A stretch of DNA of 64,000 nucleotides from Nitrospirota bacterium. Its GTDB lineage: Bacteria; Nitrospirota; Nitrospiria; Nitrospirales; Nitrospiraceae. The stretch covers positions 64,001 to 128,000 of the forward strand of contig CAVPBK010000003.1 of assembly GCA_963701855.1 (NCBI GenBank). The letters are read 5' to 3'. Shown one piece after another: positions 14,669 through 26,100 of the stretch. The notes under the pieces were generated by a model that ran no database searches, was not told the origin of the DNA, and saw only the letters and a list, made by a program, of their open reading frames with translations. Position 1 is the first letter of the stretch; every line of letters starts with the position of its first letter. The position numbers and the translations under genes were made by a program.

Positions 14669-16379
14669 ATGTGATTCGATTCATCTCTCGCAAGGTCGTC
14701 TGACCTTTCAGGACTTTCTCCAGACCCGCCTCACGAAGTGTGGTCATGCCGTCTGCAAGAGCGGCTTTGCGAATCTCGGCGGTCGGTTTCCGATCCAGGA
14801 TCAGAGCTTTGATGGGATCACTCAGAGCAAGAAACTCCGTAATGGCCTGCCGTCCCAGATACCCGAGACCATGGCATTCCACGCATCCCTTTCCCTCATA
14901 AATCGGCTGATCCTTGAGGCCGTCGTAATCCAGATCGAACTCCTCGCATTGAAGACGAGTCACTGATACCAGCGTCTTGCAGGAAGGGCAGATCGTTCGA
15001 ATCAGTCGCTGGGCCATAATACAGTTGAGTGACGACACAAAGTTATACGGCTCGATCCCCATATTAACGAATCGGCCGATGACATCGAAGGCATTGTTGG
15101 CGTGAACGGTTGTAAAGACCAGATGACCGGTCAAGGCTGAAGCGATCGCGATCTGGGCCGTTTCTGCATCTCGAATTTCCCCCACCATAATCTTGTCCGG
15201 ATCGTGGCGCAGGATGGAACGAAGTCCCCGCGCAAATGTGAGGCCTTTTTTCTCGTTCACCGGAATTTGTATGACCCCCTTGAGAAGATACTCGACCGGA
15301 TCCTCGATGGTGATAAACTTATCTTCCTTGGTGTTGACCTCGCTGATGGCGGCGTACAACGTCGTCGTCTTCCCGCTCCCTGTCGGGCCTGTCACCAGGA
15401 TCATGCCGTAGGAGGCAGTGATCGCCCGCCTGAATCGGCGAAGGTTCTCCGGTTTCATACCGAGTGAGTCGAGGTGCAGGCCTTTCGGACTCGTGGTGAA
15501 CTCTTCCTTGGCCAGAATGCGAATCACTGCAGATTCTCCGAACGCACTCGGCAGGATTGAGACCCGGAAGTCCACGAGGCGTTTATCCAGCCGCAACTTG
15601 AATCGCCCGTCCTGCGGCACGCGGCGCTCGGCGATGTCTAATTCCGACATGACCTTGAGGCGAGAGATGAGCGAGTTGTGGAACTTGCTGTCGAGAGGTT
15701 CCATGGCCAGGTAGAGAATTCCGTCGATCCGATATTTCACCTCGGTCAAGCCGTCGGTCGGCTCAATGTGAATATCGCTCGCCCGTTTCCGCAGGGCATT
15801 GAGGATGATGGTGTCCAGCAGACGGACGACGGGGCTTTGATCATTGTTGATCCGCTCGATGGAAAGAACTTCGTCGCCTTCTTCGCTCTCCTGCACGAGG
15901 ACTGGGCGAAACTCATCCTGGACCCGCGCGACCATCTTGCTGTTCCGCTCGTTTTTCTTGATTGCCTCGAGAATCGCCGAACGAGGCGCCACGACAAGGG
16001 ACAACTCCTTCTTGAGCAGATGTTCGAGATGGTCGAAGGTTGCCAGGTCGTGGGGGGTCGGCACGGCGATGGTCAGAACCTCTTCATGGAGATGAAGGGG
16101 AGCGAAGCAGTAGCGTGTCATCCATTCCGGCAAGATGTCTGAATAGGCCTCAAAATCCACTTGGAAATCCTGAAGCGCAGTATATTCAAGACCATATTGC
16201 TCCGCGAGTGCTGCAGCTAAGTCCGACTCGGAGAGCAGGCCTTCGGCCATCAACATGTCCGCAAGGAGACGTTCCGAGCGGTTGGCCGATTGAAAACGAT
16301 CCTCGAACTGGTCGCGGTCGATCAGGTTCCTGCGGATCAGGATGTCGGCGAGCCGTGAGTGTTTGACGGTGCTTGGCAT
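14658..16379 (-). CDS. GspE/PilB family secretion ATPase
   Basis: ASDIHIEP, ERRVPQDGRF, Walker A GPTGSGKTT, EDPVE, LRHDPDKIMVGEIRD, tetra-Cys motif CPSC...CVEC. Confidence 0.96.
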   Translation of the reverse strand: MPSTVKHSRLADILIRRNLIDRDQFEDRFQSANRSERLLADMLMAEGLLSESDLAAALAEQYGLEYTALQDFQVDFEAYSDILPEWMTRYCFAPLHLHEEVLTIAVPTPHDLATFDHLEHLLKKELSLVVAPRSAILEAIKKNERNSKMVARVQDEFRPVLVQESEEGDEVLSIERINNDQSPVVRLLDTIILNALRKRASDIHIEPTDGLTEVKYRIDGILYLAMEPLDSKFHNSLISRLKVMSELDIAERRVPQDGRFKLRLDKRLVDFRVSILPSAFGESAVIRILAKEEFTTSPKGLHLDSLGMKPENLRRFRRAITASYGMILVTGPTGSGKTTTLYAAISEVNTKEDKFITIEDPVEYLLKGVIQIPVNEKKGLTFARGLRSILRHDPDKIMVGEIRDAETAQIAIASALTGHLVFTTVHANNAFDVIGRFVNMGIEPYNFVSSLNCIMAQRLIRTICPSCKTLVSVTRLQCEEFDLDYDGLKDQPIYEGKGCVECHGLGYLGRQAITEFLALSDPIKALILDRKPTAEIRKAALADGMTTLREAGLEKVLKGQTTLREMNRITFVG

Positions 16380-16390
16380 TGTGTCTATAC

Positions 16391-16913
16391 CTAAATTAAT
16401 ACATCTGTACACGTCGGTGATGGGAGGATCAGCCTCCGTCCAGCCTGTATATATCGGTGGTCAGCCCATTGATCCGTTTCAGCTCTTTTATATTTATGGC
16501 GTGTTCGTGAGCCAGCTTCCAGAGAGTCGTCGGCTTGGATTGAATGAGGCACTGTTGGGGCGATCGGTCCGATGTGTGGCCTGGTCGGGGCGTCGGCTTT
16601 GGCGAGGCCAAGAGCACCGCACGCGGGACAATCTGTGATTGCGTGGTTTCGTTTTGGGCCACAAGCACTGGACAAGCCTCCGTAGCGTGTCCAGACGATT
16701 CGTGACTAGGTCTCACAAAAGTTGCCCGGACTTTGTTCGAGATCTCCTTTTTCATTTTCGCCACTTCCATCTTATGGACCGTGAACGACTGCTACAGCAA
16801 GCATTCAGCGAGAGGCGGACCAAGAAGACCATGCTGAATCCGATGGTCCTGTTTATCGATGTGCTGCTCATGAGACTCCCGTTCAATTGTCGGCGTGCGT
16901 TTCTGATCCTCAT
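16391..16913 (-). pseudogene. Degenerate, internally deleted paralogue of the LysM gene at 22233-23168
   Basis: Begins MRIRNARRQLNGSLMSSTSINRTIGFS (cf. MRIRNGRHQLPGSLMSSTSMNRAIGFS), stops after ~53 codons; downstream frames give SGHATEA...HTSDRSPQQ...LWKLAHEHAINIKELKRINGLTTD...RLILP; coiled-coil middle is missing. Confidence 0.85.
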
Positions 16914-19900
16914 GTTCCGATCGGCGTTGCCATGTCAGCCTGAATCTCGGCTACGGACAAGGCGCGGTTGTAAATCCGCACCTCGTCGATGATCCCTTGG
17001 AAATAATAGCCGGCGGGGCGGCGCCCGATATTCACGTTTTGGGGGGAATTCACCAGGGCAGCCGGCACGGTGCCACTTAAGACCCCGTTGTCTAAGACGC
17101 CGTTCACATAGATGTCCAGTGTTTGGGCCGTGGCGTTGTACACCCCCGCCACGTGATACCAGGTATTGAGGGCCCGGGTGGTGGTGCTGTAGCGCTGGAC
17201 GTTGGTGGACCCGTTGGGAGAGACCGCCACGGCAAACCTGTGGGGCCCCGTATCGGGGCTCGTCTTCAATTGCCAGCCGTCGGGGCCGGCCGACTTGGCG
17301 ATAATCTGTCCGTCATTGGGCGGATTGCCGGTGGCGAAGACCCAGGCGCTCCAGGTCATGCTGCCGGTGAGTTGGAGTGGGATCGGATTGCCGAGATCCA
17401 CATAACTGGTCATCCCGTCGAAGGCGAGGGCATTTCCGTATTTGCCCGCCGGGGTCCAGGTCGCGCCAGCCAGCGTGCCGGTGAGACCATTGCCGGAGGC
17501 ATCCGCGGTGGTCGTGCCGGTCCCCGCGTCGAAGGCATAGGCGGCCACCCGGCCGGTGGCGGCCGTGGTGGCGCTGGCAATATTGGAGTACCCGCTGAAG
17601 TTGCCTGCCGCATCGGTGGCGCGCACCTGATAGCGGTACGTGCTGGCAGGCAGCAGGCCGGTGTCACTGTAAGTTGTGCCGGTGGGGGTCGCGATCTGCA
17701 CAAAGGTGGTGCAGGTCGTGCCTTGACACCGTTCGACCGCATAGCCGGTGACGCCGATGTTGTCCGTGGCGGCGGTCCAACCCAGAGTGATTTGGCTGGT
17801 GCCAGCCGCGGTCGCGGTGACGCCGCTCGGGGCCGTGGGCGGAGTGGTATCCGACGCTTGAGTTGTGGCCCCGGCAATTGCGGAATAAGGCCCCAGATTG
17901 CCCACCGCATCGGTGGCGCGCACCTGATAGCGGTAGGTGGAGGAGGAGGTGAGGCCCGTATCGCCAAAGCTGGTGCCGGTCGGCTGTCCCACTTCGACGA
18001 AGTTGACACAGGCGACGCCTTGGCAGCGCTCCACGCGATAGCCCGTGACACCCACATTATCCGTAGCCGCGGTCCAGGTGAGATTGATCTGCGTCGCGCT
18101 CGCCACCGTCGCGGTGACGCCAGCCGGGGCGGTGGGCGGGGTCATATCTGAGCCCTGCGAGCCCACCGGCGTATTCATATCCGTCGCAACTTCGGCTGCG
18201 GACAAGGCGCGGTTGTAAATCCGCACCTCGTCGATGATCCCTTGGAAATAATAGCCGGCGGGGCGGCGCCCGATATTCACGTTTTGGGGGGAATTCACCA
18301 GGGCAGCCGGCACGGTGCCACTTAAGACCCCGTTGTCTAAGACGCCGTTCACATAGATGTCCAGTGTTTGGGCCGTAGCGTTGTACACCCCCGCCACGTG
18401 ATACCAGGTATTGAGGACCCGGGTGGTGGTGCTGTAGCGCTGGACGATGGTGGACCCGTTGGGAGAGACCGCCACGCCAAACGTGTGGGGCCCCGTATCG
18501 GGGTTGTTTTCAATTGCCAGCCGTCGGGGCCGGCCGACTTGGCGATAATCTGTCCGTCATTGGGCGGATTGCCGGTGGCGAAGACCCAGGCGCTCCAGGT
18601 CATGCTGCCGGTGAGTTGGAGTGGGATCGGATTGCCGAGATCCACATAACTGGTCATCCCGTCGAAGGCGAGGGCATTTCCGTATTTGCCCGCCGGGGTC
18701 CAGGTCGCGCCAGCCAGCGTGCCGGTGAGACCATTGCCGGAGGCATCCGCGGTGGTCGTGCCGGTCCCCGCGTCGAAGGCATAGGCGGCCACCCGGCCGG
18801 TGGCGGCCGTGGTGGCGCTGGCAATATTGGAGTACCCGCTGAAGTTGCCCGCCGCATCGGTGGCGCGCACCTGATAGCGGTACGTGCTGGCAGGCAGCAG
18901 GCCGGTGTCACTGTAAGTTGTGCCGGTGGGGGTCGCGATCTGCACAAAGGTGGTGCAGGTCGTGCCTTGACACCGTTCGACCGCATAGCCGGTGACGCCG
19001 ATGTTGTCCGTGGCGGCGGTCCAGCCCAGAGTGATTTGGCTGGTGCCAGCCGCGGTCGCGGTGACGCCGCTCGGGGCCGTGGGCGGAGTGGTATCCGACG
19101 CTTGAGTTGTGGCCCCGGCAATTGCGGAATAAGGCCCCAGATTGCCCACCGCATCGGTGGCGCGCACCTGATAGCGGTAGGTGGAGGAGGAGGTGAGGCC
19201 CGTATCGCCAAAGCTGGTGCCGGTCGGCTGTCCCACTTCGACGAAGTTGACACAGGCGACGCCTTGGCAGCGCTCCACGCGATAGCCCGTGACACCCACA
19301 TTATCCGTAGCCGCGGTCCAGGTGAGATTGATCTGCGTCGCGCTCGCCACCGTCGCGGTGACGCCAGCCGGGGCGGTGGGCGGGGTCATATCTGAGCCCT
19401 GCGAGCCCACCGGCGTATTCATATCCGTCGCAACTTCGGCTGCGGACAAGGCGCGGTTGTAAATCCGCACCTCGTCGATCAAGCCCTGAAAGAACTCGGT
19501 GGGATAGGTGTTCCCGCCGATACGCAGTGAGGTCGTGGTCGTCTGGATCAGTCCCGTGGCCGGCATGCTGCTCACCAGCCCGCCGTTGATGTAGAGCTGA
19601 ATCAGCGTGCCGTTATAAGTGGCGGCGACGTGGGTCCAGGTATTGGGCACCAGGGCCGCGGTAGCATAGACGTTCGTACAGCAGGTGGTGCCAAAGGTGG
19701 CGCCGCTGGCCGGCCGATTCTGCTGACTCGAGCTGGCGGTTAGGAAGTAGGCGTCCGCTTCTTTTTGGAGAATGGCCTTCCAGCCCGAGAGGGTCGCCGT
19801 GGGGTTTACCCAGGCTTCCAAGGTCATGGCCGTGCTGAGATTCAACGAGGCACTGGCGGGGACGAGAATAAGGTCATTGACCCCATCGAAACTGACTGCG

Positions 19901-22170
19901 GCACCGAATTTTCCTGTGGCATTCCAGGTGGGGCCGTTGGTCAAGGTGCCGGTGTTGGCGTTGCCTGAAGTATCGCCGGTGGTGGTGCCGGCCCCTTCAT
20001 TGAAGGCGTAGGCGGCAACCAAGTCCGTGGTGGGGGCGGCGGTCGTGGTACTGGCCACATTGGAGTAATTTACACTTAGATTCCCGGAGACGTCGAGGGC
20101 TCGGACGCGGTAGCTATAGCTGGTCCTGGCTGTCAGGCCTGGATCGCTATAACTGTTCGTGGTCGGGGTCGCGATCTGCACAAAGGTGCTGCAGCCGGCC
20201 CCTTGGCAGCGCTCCACCTGATAGGTCACGCCCCCGCCTCCCGGATCGGTGGAGGCGGTCCAGTTGAGGTTGACCTGAACAGGACCAGCAGCGGTGGAGA
20301 CCAGTACAACTGGATCGGTTGGTGGAGTCGTGTCGGTATGACTGGCAGGTTAACGCTCGTTGTATGGGTTAAGCCGCTCGAATCCGTCGCGGTCAATCGA
20401 ATCTCATAGGAGTAGGTGCCGATGATGCCATGATTTTGAATGGTGACTGATCCCGTTGGCCCGATGGTGAACAGTTGCGTATGGGTGTGGTCGTTATGGT
20501 GCAAGAGAATGATCCAACTGAGGCCCGTCGACGGATGGCGCCGTCCTCTGGGTCGATTGCGGAGCCTTGATAGGTGATGATCTGTCCGGGTGTGACGTTA
20601 GTCCCGTTGAGAGGGGCCTGGATGGTGGCGGTCGGAGGCAGGCTGCCGACCGTGACCTTGACGGTCGCAGAGGCGCGCTGACTTGTATTATTGGTGACGG
20701 TCAAAGTGGCGGCAAAGGTTTGGACCGTGGTCGATGCATAGGCATGAATTGGATTTGCCGCGGTTGAGGTCTGCCCGTCCCTGAAATCCCAGAGGTAGGT
20801 CAAGGGACTAGCGTTCGGATCGCTCGACCCGGCACTGGAGAAATTCACTGAGAGCGGAGAATAACCGGAGGAGGGGGTGGCAGTGGCCACAGCCGAGGGG
20901 CCGTTATAGCGAATCCTTTTGACCTCTCCTGTGAGGATCGAAACATAGTACAGCATGCCGTCCGGTCCTAATTCCATATGGACCGGGCCGGAGAGTCCAG
21001 TGGCAAAGGGCACGGTGCTTGTGAGGTTGCCGGCCCCGTCGAAGACCATCCGCATGATCCAACCCTGGCTATAGTCCATAATGAACCAATTGCCTCGATA
21101 CACTTCCGGGTATAGGGTTGCGGTATAAAAGGGCCCCCCAATGATGCACACGCCGACAATCGGTGCGCCTTGCGCTGGGGAATTCCAGTGTGGGGGTACG
21201 AGAGGAGTGGTGCCGTCACCACACTGGGTGTCAGGGGGGCGCATTGAGCAGGGAAGGTGGCTTGGTAGGATGGTTGAGGATCGACCCCTTCATAGCAAGG
21301 CCAGCCGAAGTTCTTGCCACGTCCGCGGCCGAGTTCTTCCCAGGTATTCCACCCCACGTCTGCAAAATAGGGTTCTCCGGAGATCGGGTGGAGGGTGAAT
21401 CGATAGGGATTGCGGAGTCCATAGGAGTAGACTTTCGACTTGATCGAATTGGTGCCATCGTCGAAGGGATTGTCTCCAGGGGCGGTGCCGTCCTCATTGA
21501 GACGCAGGATTTTTCCACGCAGATCATTGAGGTCTTGCGCGACAAATGAGTGGACATCGACAAAGCCTGCATTGGAGTCATCTCCGTACCCCATAAAGAG
21601 TTTGCCGTCGGGCCAACAGCAGGGTGCCGACCGAATGATTATGAGCGTCATTGGGAATGCTCAACAGAATCGTTTCGCTGTTGGCCAGGGCGACATCGGG
21701 GGTTTGGGGATTAACCGTAAATCGGGAGAGCCGGGCAACTTTTGGGCTTGAGTCGTTGGGATTGCCGCCATCTTCGCGGATATAGCTGACATACACATAC
21801 CCGTTCGCAAGGAAGTTGGGGTGAACGCGAAGCCCAACATGCCACGATCGTCAAACCCGTTGACGTAAGCGCTGATGTCCAAGAACGGGGTGGCGAGCAG
21901 TTGGCCGTTCTTATAAATTCGAATCACGCCATTGCGCTGCCAGATGAACATACGTCCGTCGCTCGCCCACGTGACTCCGACCGGCAAGAATGGAGGGAGG
22001 GTCGTGACGACTTCCGAAGTAAAGCCCGGGTCGCTAAACGTTTGGGCCTGTGCTAGAGGAGGGAATGATTGTCCGACTGCACCACAGACGATCGTGAGAA
22101 TGAGGGCAGCCATCAGCGCCGAGAACTTTCTCAGAGAACCCCGAAATCTGTTGTTATTCACGATGGTCAT
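16910..22170 (-). pseudogene. Giant secreted protein B: sugar-dehydrogenase-like beta-propeller + PKD + FN3/LamG repeats, split by several frameshifts
   Basis: Collinear fragments 21661-22188 (signal peptide, GRMFIW), 21578-21796, 20968-21651 (GKILR, YGLRNPYRF, NFGWPCYEG), 20393-21244 (GPDGMLYY, PKD YLWDF), 20226-20504, 18349-20229 and 16910-18475 (FN3, LamG IDEVRIYNRALS). Confidence 0.88.
16954..19479. repeat. Two near-identical ~1245-bp tandem units (FN3-FN3-LamG) in protein B
   Basis: Anchor cggacaaggcgcgg at 16954, 18199, 19443 (periods 1245 and 1244). Confidence 0.95.
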
Positions 22171-22232
22171 TTTCCCTAGAGAACGCACTTTCTTTCTTCA
22201 GATCCTGTCCGCCCCCACAGGGGACAGGTTGT

Positions 22233-23168
22233 TCAGTTGACAGAATCGTTGCACGACGAAGCGAGAGAGCACTGACGATCGCCGGGCCCGCCACTTGATG
22301 GCAGGATCAGCCGTTGTCCAACCTGAACCACGTCGGTGGTCAGCCCATTGACCCGTTTCAACTCGTTTATGGTTGTAGCGTGATCGTTGGCCAGCTTCCA
22401 GAGAGAGTCGCCGGGGCGGACTCGAATGAGCCTCTGCTGGGGAGATAGATCCGATGTGTGGTCTGGAGAGGGCGTCTGTTCTGTTGGGGCTAGGAACAAC
22501 GCACTCGGGACGATCCGTGGTTGCGCAGGTTTGTCTCGAACCACACGCTCACGAGAAGCCTCCGCATTATGTCCAGACGATTCGCGACTAGTTCTCACAG
22601 CAGTCTCTCGGACTGTGTTCGCGAAACGCTGTTTTATCTGCGCCAGCTCATCGGTCAATATCACCATGCGAGCATTGAGTTCCTTCATGTCCGTTTGAAC
22701 GTCGGCCCCATCGAGCTTCGTCGAGGCGCTCGAATCCTGGCGTCCGAGGCTCAGGGTCTGAGTCTGCGCCAGAGCCTGTTTCAGTTCATCCCGTTCGATT
22801 TGTAGCGCGTTCACGGCGGAGTGGGCCTGCTCCAGCATTTTCCGAAGTTCCCCCCGATCAGCTTCTAGGACAGTGGCTTTACGACTCAACTCCGCGGCTT
22901 CTCCTTCCTGTTTGGATGTCGCAATGCGAGCTGCTGCAAGGTCTCGACGGAGTGCAGCAACCTCTGCTTGGGCGTTGTGAACCAATGCGTCCGCCTGAGC
23001 GCGGCCGGTCGTGGTCTCGAGAAGCCCGGAAGCCGATCGTTCACTGCTACAGCCGACAGTCAATGGGAGACAGGCCAAGAAGACTATGCTGAATCCGATG
23101 GCCCTGTTCATTGATGTGCTGCTCATTAGACTCCCGGGCAACTGGTGGCGTCCGTTTCTGATCCTCAT
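22233..23168 (-). CDS. Lipoprotein with coiled coil and C-terminal LysM domain
   Basis: Lipobox LTVGC, long heptad region, VRPGDSLWKLA...ELKRVNGL..D.VQVGQRLILP LysM motif. Confidence 0.9.
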   Translation of the reverse strand: MRIRNGRHQLPGSLMSSTSMNRAIGFSIVFLACLPLTVGCSSERSASGLLETTTGRAQADALVHNAQAEVAALRRDLAAARIATSKQEGEAAELSRKATVLEADRGELRKMLEQAHSAVNALQIERDELKQALAQTQTLSLGRQDSSASTKLDGADVQTDMKELNARMVILTDELAQIKQRFANTVRETAVRTSRESSGHNAEASRERVVRDKPAQPRIVPSALFLAPTEQTPSPDHTSDLSPQQRLIRVRPGDSLWKLANDHATTINELKRVNGLTTDVVQVGQRLILPSSGGPGDRQCSLASSCNDSVN

Positions 23169-26100
23169 GGGCCCACCGGGGTATTCATATCCGTCACGAC
23201 CTCGGCGGCCGACAAGACGCGCGTGTAGATCCGCACGTCGTCGAGCGTGCCTGAGAAGGTGTTGTTTTTAGCCGCGACTCGAGCGTGCCGAACTTGACGA
23301 GATGATCGGCGCCGTCTGCTGTGAGACTGAGCGTCGCCGTCGTCGTCAGCACGCCGTCGATGTAGATCTTGAGCGCGTTCGTCGTGGCGCGTGCGTGACC
23401 GCGTAGTGATGCCAGTTGAGATCCGTGATCGTGCTCGACAGGACGTCGGTGTTGTTCGCGCCGAAGGCCAGCACGTTGTTGGCCTTGAAGTAGAACTCTT
23501 TGTAGCCCGCCGTTGAGGTGGCATTGTTGAACTTGCTGAAGAGGTGCTGCTGATGCCCGTCCAGGACGTTGCGTTGCGCCCAGAGCTTGAGCGTAAAGTC
23601 TTGCGTGCCGAAGTTGAAGGTGCTCGGATTGGTGACCGCCAGCTCGTCGTCAACGCCGTCGAACGACAGCGCGGTGCCGTGGGAGGCCTGGCCCGCGACC
23701 CAGGCCGGGCCGTTAATCAGCGTGCCGGCGTGGCCGTTGCCGGACAGATCCGCGGTGGTGATGCTGGTCCCTTCAGTAAAGGCGTAGGCGTCCACCAGGC
23801 CGGTGGCGGCGGCGGTGGTGGCGCTGGCAATATTGGAGTACCCGCTGAAGTTACCCGCCGCATCGGTGGCGCGCACCTGATACTGGTACGTGGTTGAGGG
23901 CAGCAGACCAGTGTCGTTGTAGGTCGTGCCGCTCGGGGTCGCGATCTGCGCAAAGGTGGTGCAGGTCGTCCCCTGACACCGTTCGAGCCCATAGCCCGTC
24001 ACCCCGACGTTGTCGGTGGCGGCGGTCCAGTTCAGCGTGATTTGGCTGCTGCCGGAGGCGGTGGCCCCTAGCCCCGTTGGGGCCGTGGGCGGGGTCGTAT
24101 CGAGCGCTGGCGTGGTGGCACTGGCAATCGTGGAATAAGGTCCCAGATTGCTCGCCGCATCGATGGCTCGTACCTGATAGCGGTAGGTGGTCAAGGGGGT
24201 GAGGCCCGTGTCGCCGAAGCTGGTGCCGATCGGTTGCCCCACTTCGAGAAAGTTGACACAGCCGGCGTCGGCGCACCGTTCGACGCGATAGCCGGTGACG
24301 CCGACGTTATCGGTCGCGGTCGTCCAGGTGAGATTGATCTGCGTCGCATTCACCGCCGTCGCGGTCGGCGTTCCCGGCGCGGTGGGCGGCGTCGTGTCCG
24401 GGCCCGGCGGACTCACCGGGGTATTCATATCCGTCACGACCTCGGCGGCCGACAAGATGCGCGTGTAGATTCGCATGTCGTCGAGCGTGCCTGAGAAAGT
24501 GTTGTTTTGAGCCCCGGACTTGAGCGTGCCGAACTTGACGAGATGATCGGCGCCGTCTGCTGTGAGACTGAGCGTCGCCGTCGTCGTCAGCACGCCGTCG
24601 ATGTAGATCTTGAGCGCGTTCGTCGTGGCGCTGTGCGTGACCGCGTAGTGATGCCAGTTGAGATCCGTGATCGTGCTCGACAGGAACGTCGGTGTTGTTC
24701 GCGCCGAAGGCCAGCACGTTGTTGGCCTTGAAGTAGAACTCTTTGTAGCCCGCCGTTGAGGTGGCATTGTTGAACTTGCTGAAGAGGTGCTGCTGATGCC
24801 CGTCCAGGACGTTGCGTTGCGCCCAGAGCTCGAGCGTAAAGTCTTGCGTGCCGAAGTTGAAGGTGCTCGGATTGGTGACCGCCAGCTCGTCGTCAACGCC
24901 GTCGAACGACAGCGCGGTGCCGTGGGAGGCCTGGCCCGCGACCCAGGCCGGGCCGTTAATCAGCGTGCCGGCGTGGCCGTTGCCGGACAGATCCGCGGTG
25001 GTGATGCTGGTCCCTTCAGTAAAGGCGTAGGCGTCCACCAGGCCGGTGGCGGCGGCGGTGGTGGCGCTGGCAATATTGGAGTACCCGCTGAAGTTACCCG
25101 CCGCATCGGTGGCGCGCACCTGATACTGGTACGTGGTTGAGGGCAGCAGACCAGTGTCGTTGTAGGTCGTGCCGCTCGGGGTCGCGATCTGCGCAAAGGT
25201 GGTGCAGGTCGTCCCCTGACACCGTTCGAGCCCATAGCCCGTCACCCCGACGTTGTCGGTGGCGGCGGTCCAGTTCAGCGTGATTTGGCTGCTGCCGGAG
25301 GCGGTGGCCCCTAGCCCCGTTGGGGCCGTGGGCGGGGTCGTATCGAGCGCTGGCGTGGTGGCACTGGCAATCGTGGAATAAGGTCCCAGATTGCTCGCCG
25401 CATCGATGGCTCGTACCTGATAGCGGTAGGTGGTCAAGGGGGTGAGGCCCGTGTCGCCGAAGCTGGTGCCGATCGGTTGCCCCACTTCGAGAAAGTTGAC
25501 ACAGCCGGCGTCGGCGCACCGTTCGACGCGATAGCCGGTGACGCCGACGTTATCGGTCGCGGTCGTCCAGGTGAGATTGATCTGCGTCGCATTCACCGCC
25601 GTCGCGGTCGGCGTTCCCGGCGCGGTGGGCGGCGTCGTGTCCGGGCCCGGCGGACTCACCGGGGTATTCATATCCGTCACGACCTCGGCGGCCGACAAGA
25701 TGCGCGTGTAGATTCGCACGTCGTCGAGCGTGCCTGAGAAAGTGTTGTTTTGAGCCCCGGACTTGAGCGTGCCGAACTTGACGAGATGATCGGCGCCGTC
25801 TGCTGTGAGACTGAGTGTCGCCGTCGTCGTCAGCACGCCGTCGATGTAGATCTTGAGCGCGTTCGTCGTGGCGCTATGCGTGACCGCGTAGTGATGCCAG
25901 TTGAGATCCGTGATCGTGCTCGACAGGACGTCGGTGTTGTTCGCGCCGAAGGCCAGCACGTTGTTGGCCTTGAAGTAGAACTCTTTGTAGCCCGCCGTTG
26001 AGGTGGCATTGTTGAACTTGCTGAAGAGGTGCTGCTGATGCCCGTCCAGGACGTTGCGTTGCGCCCAGAGCTCGAGCGTAAAGTCTTGCGTGCCGAAGTT

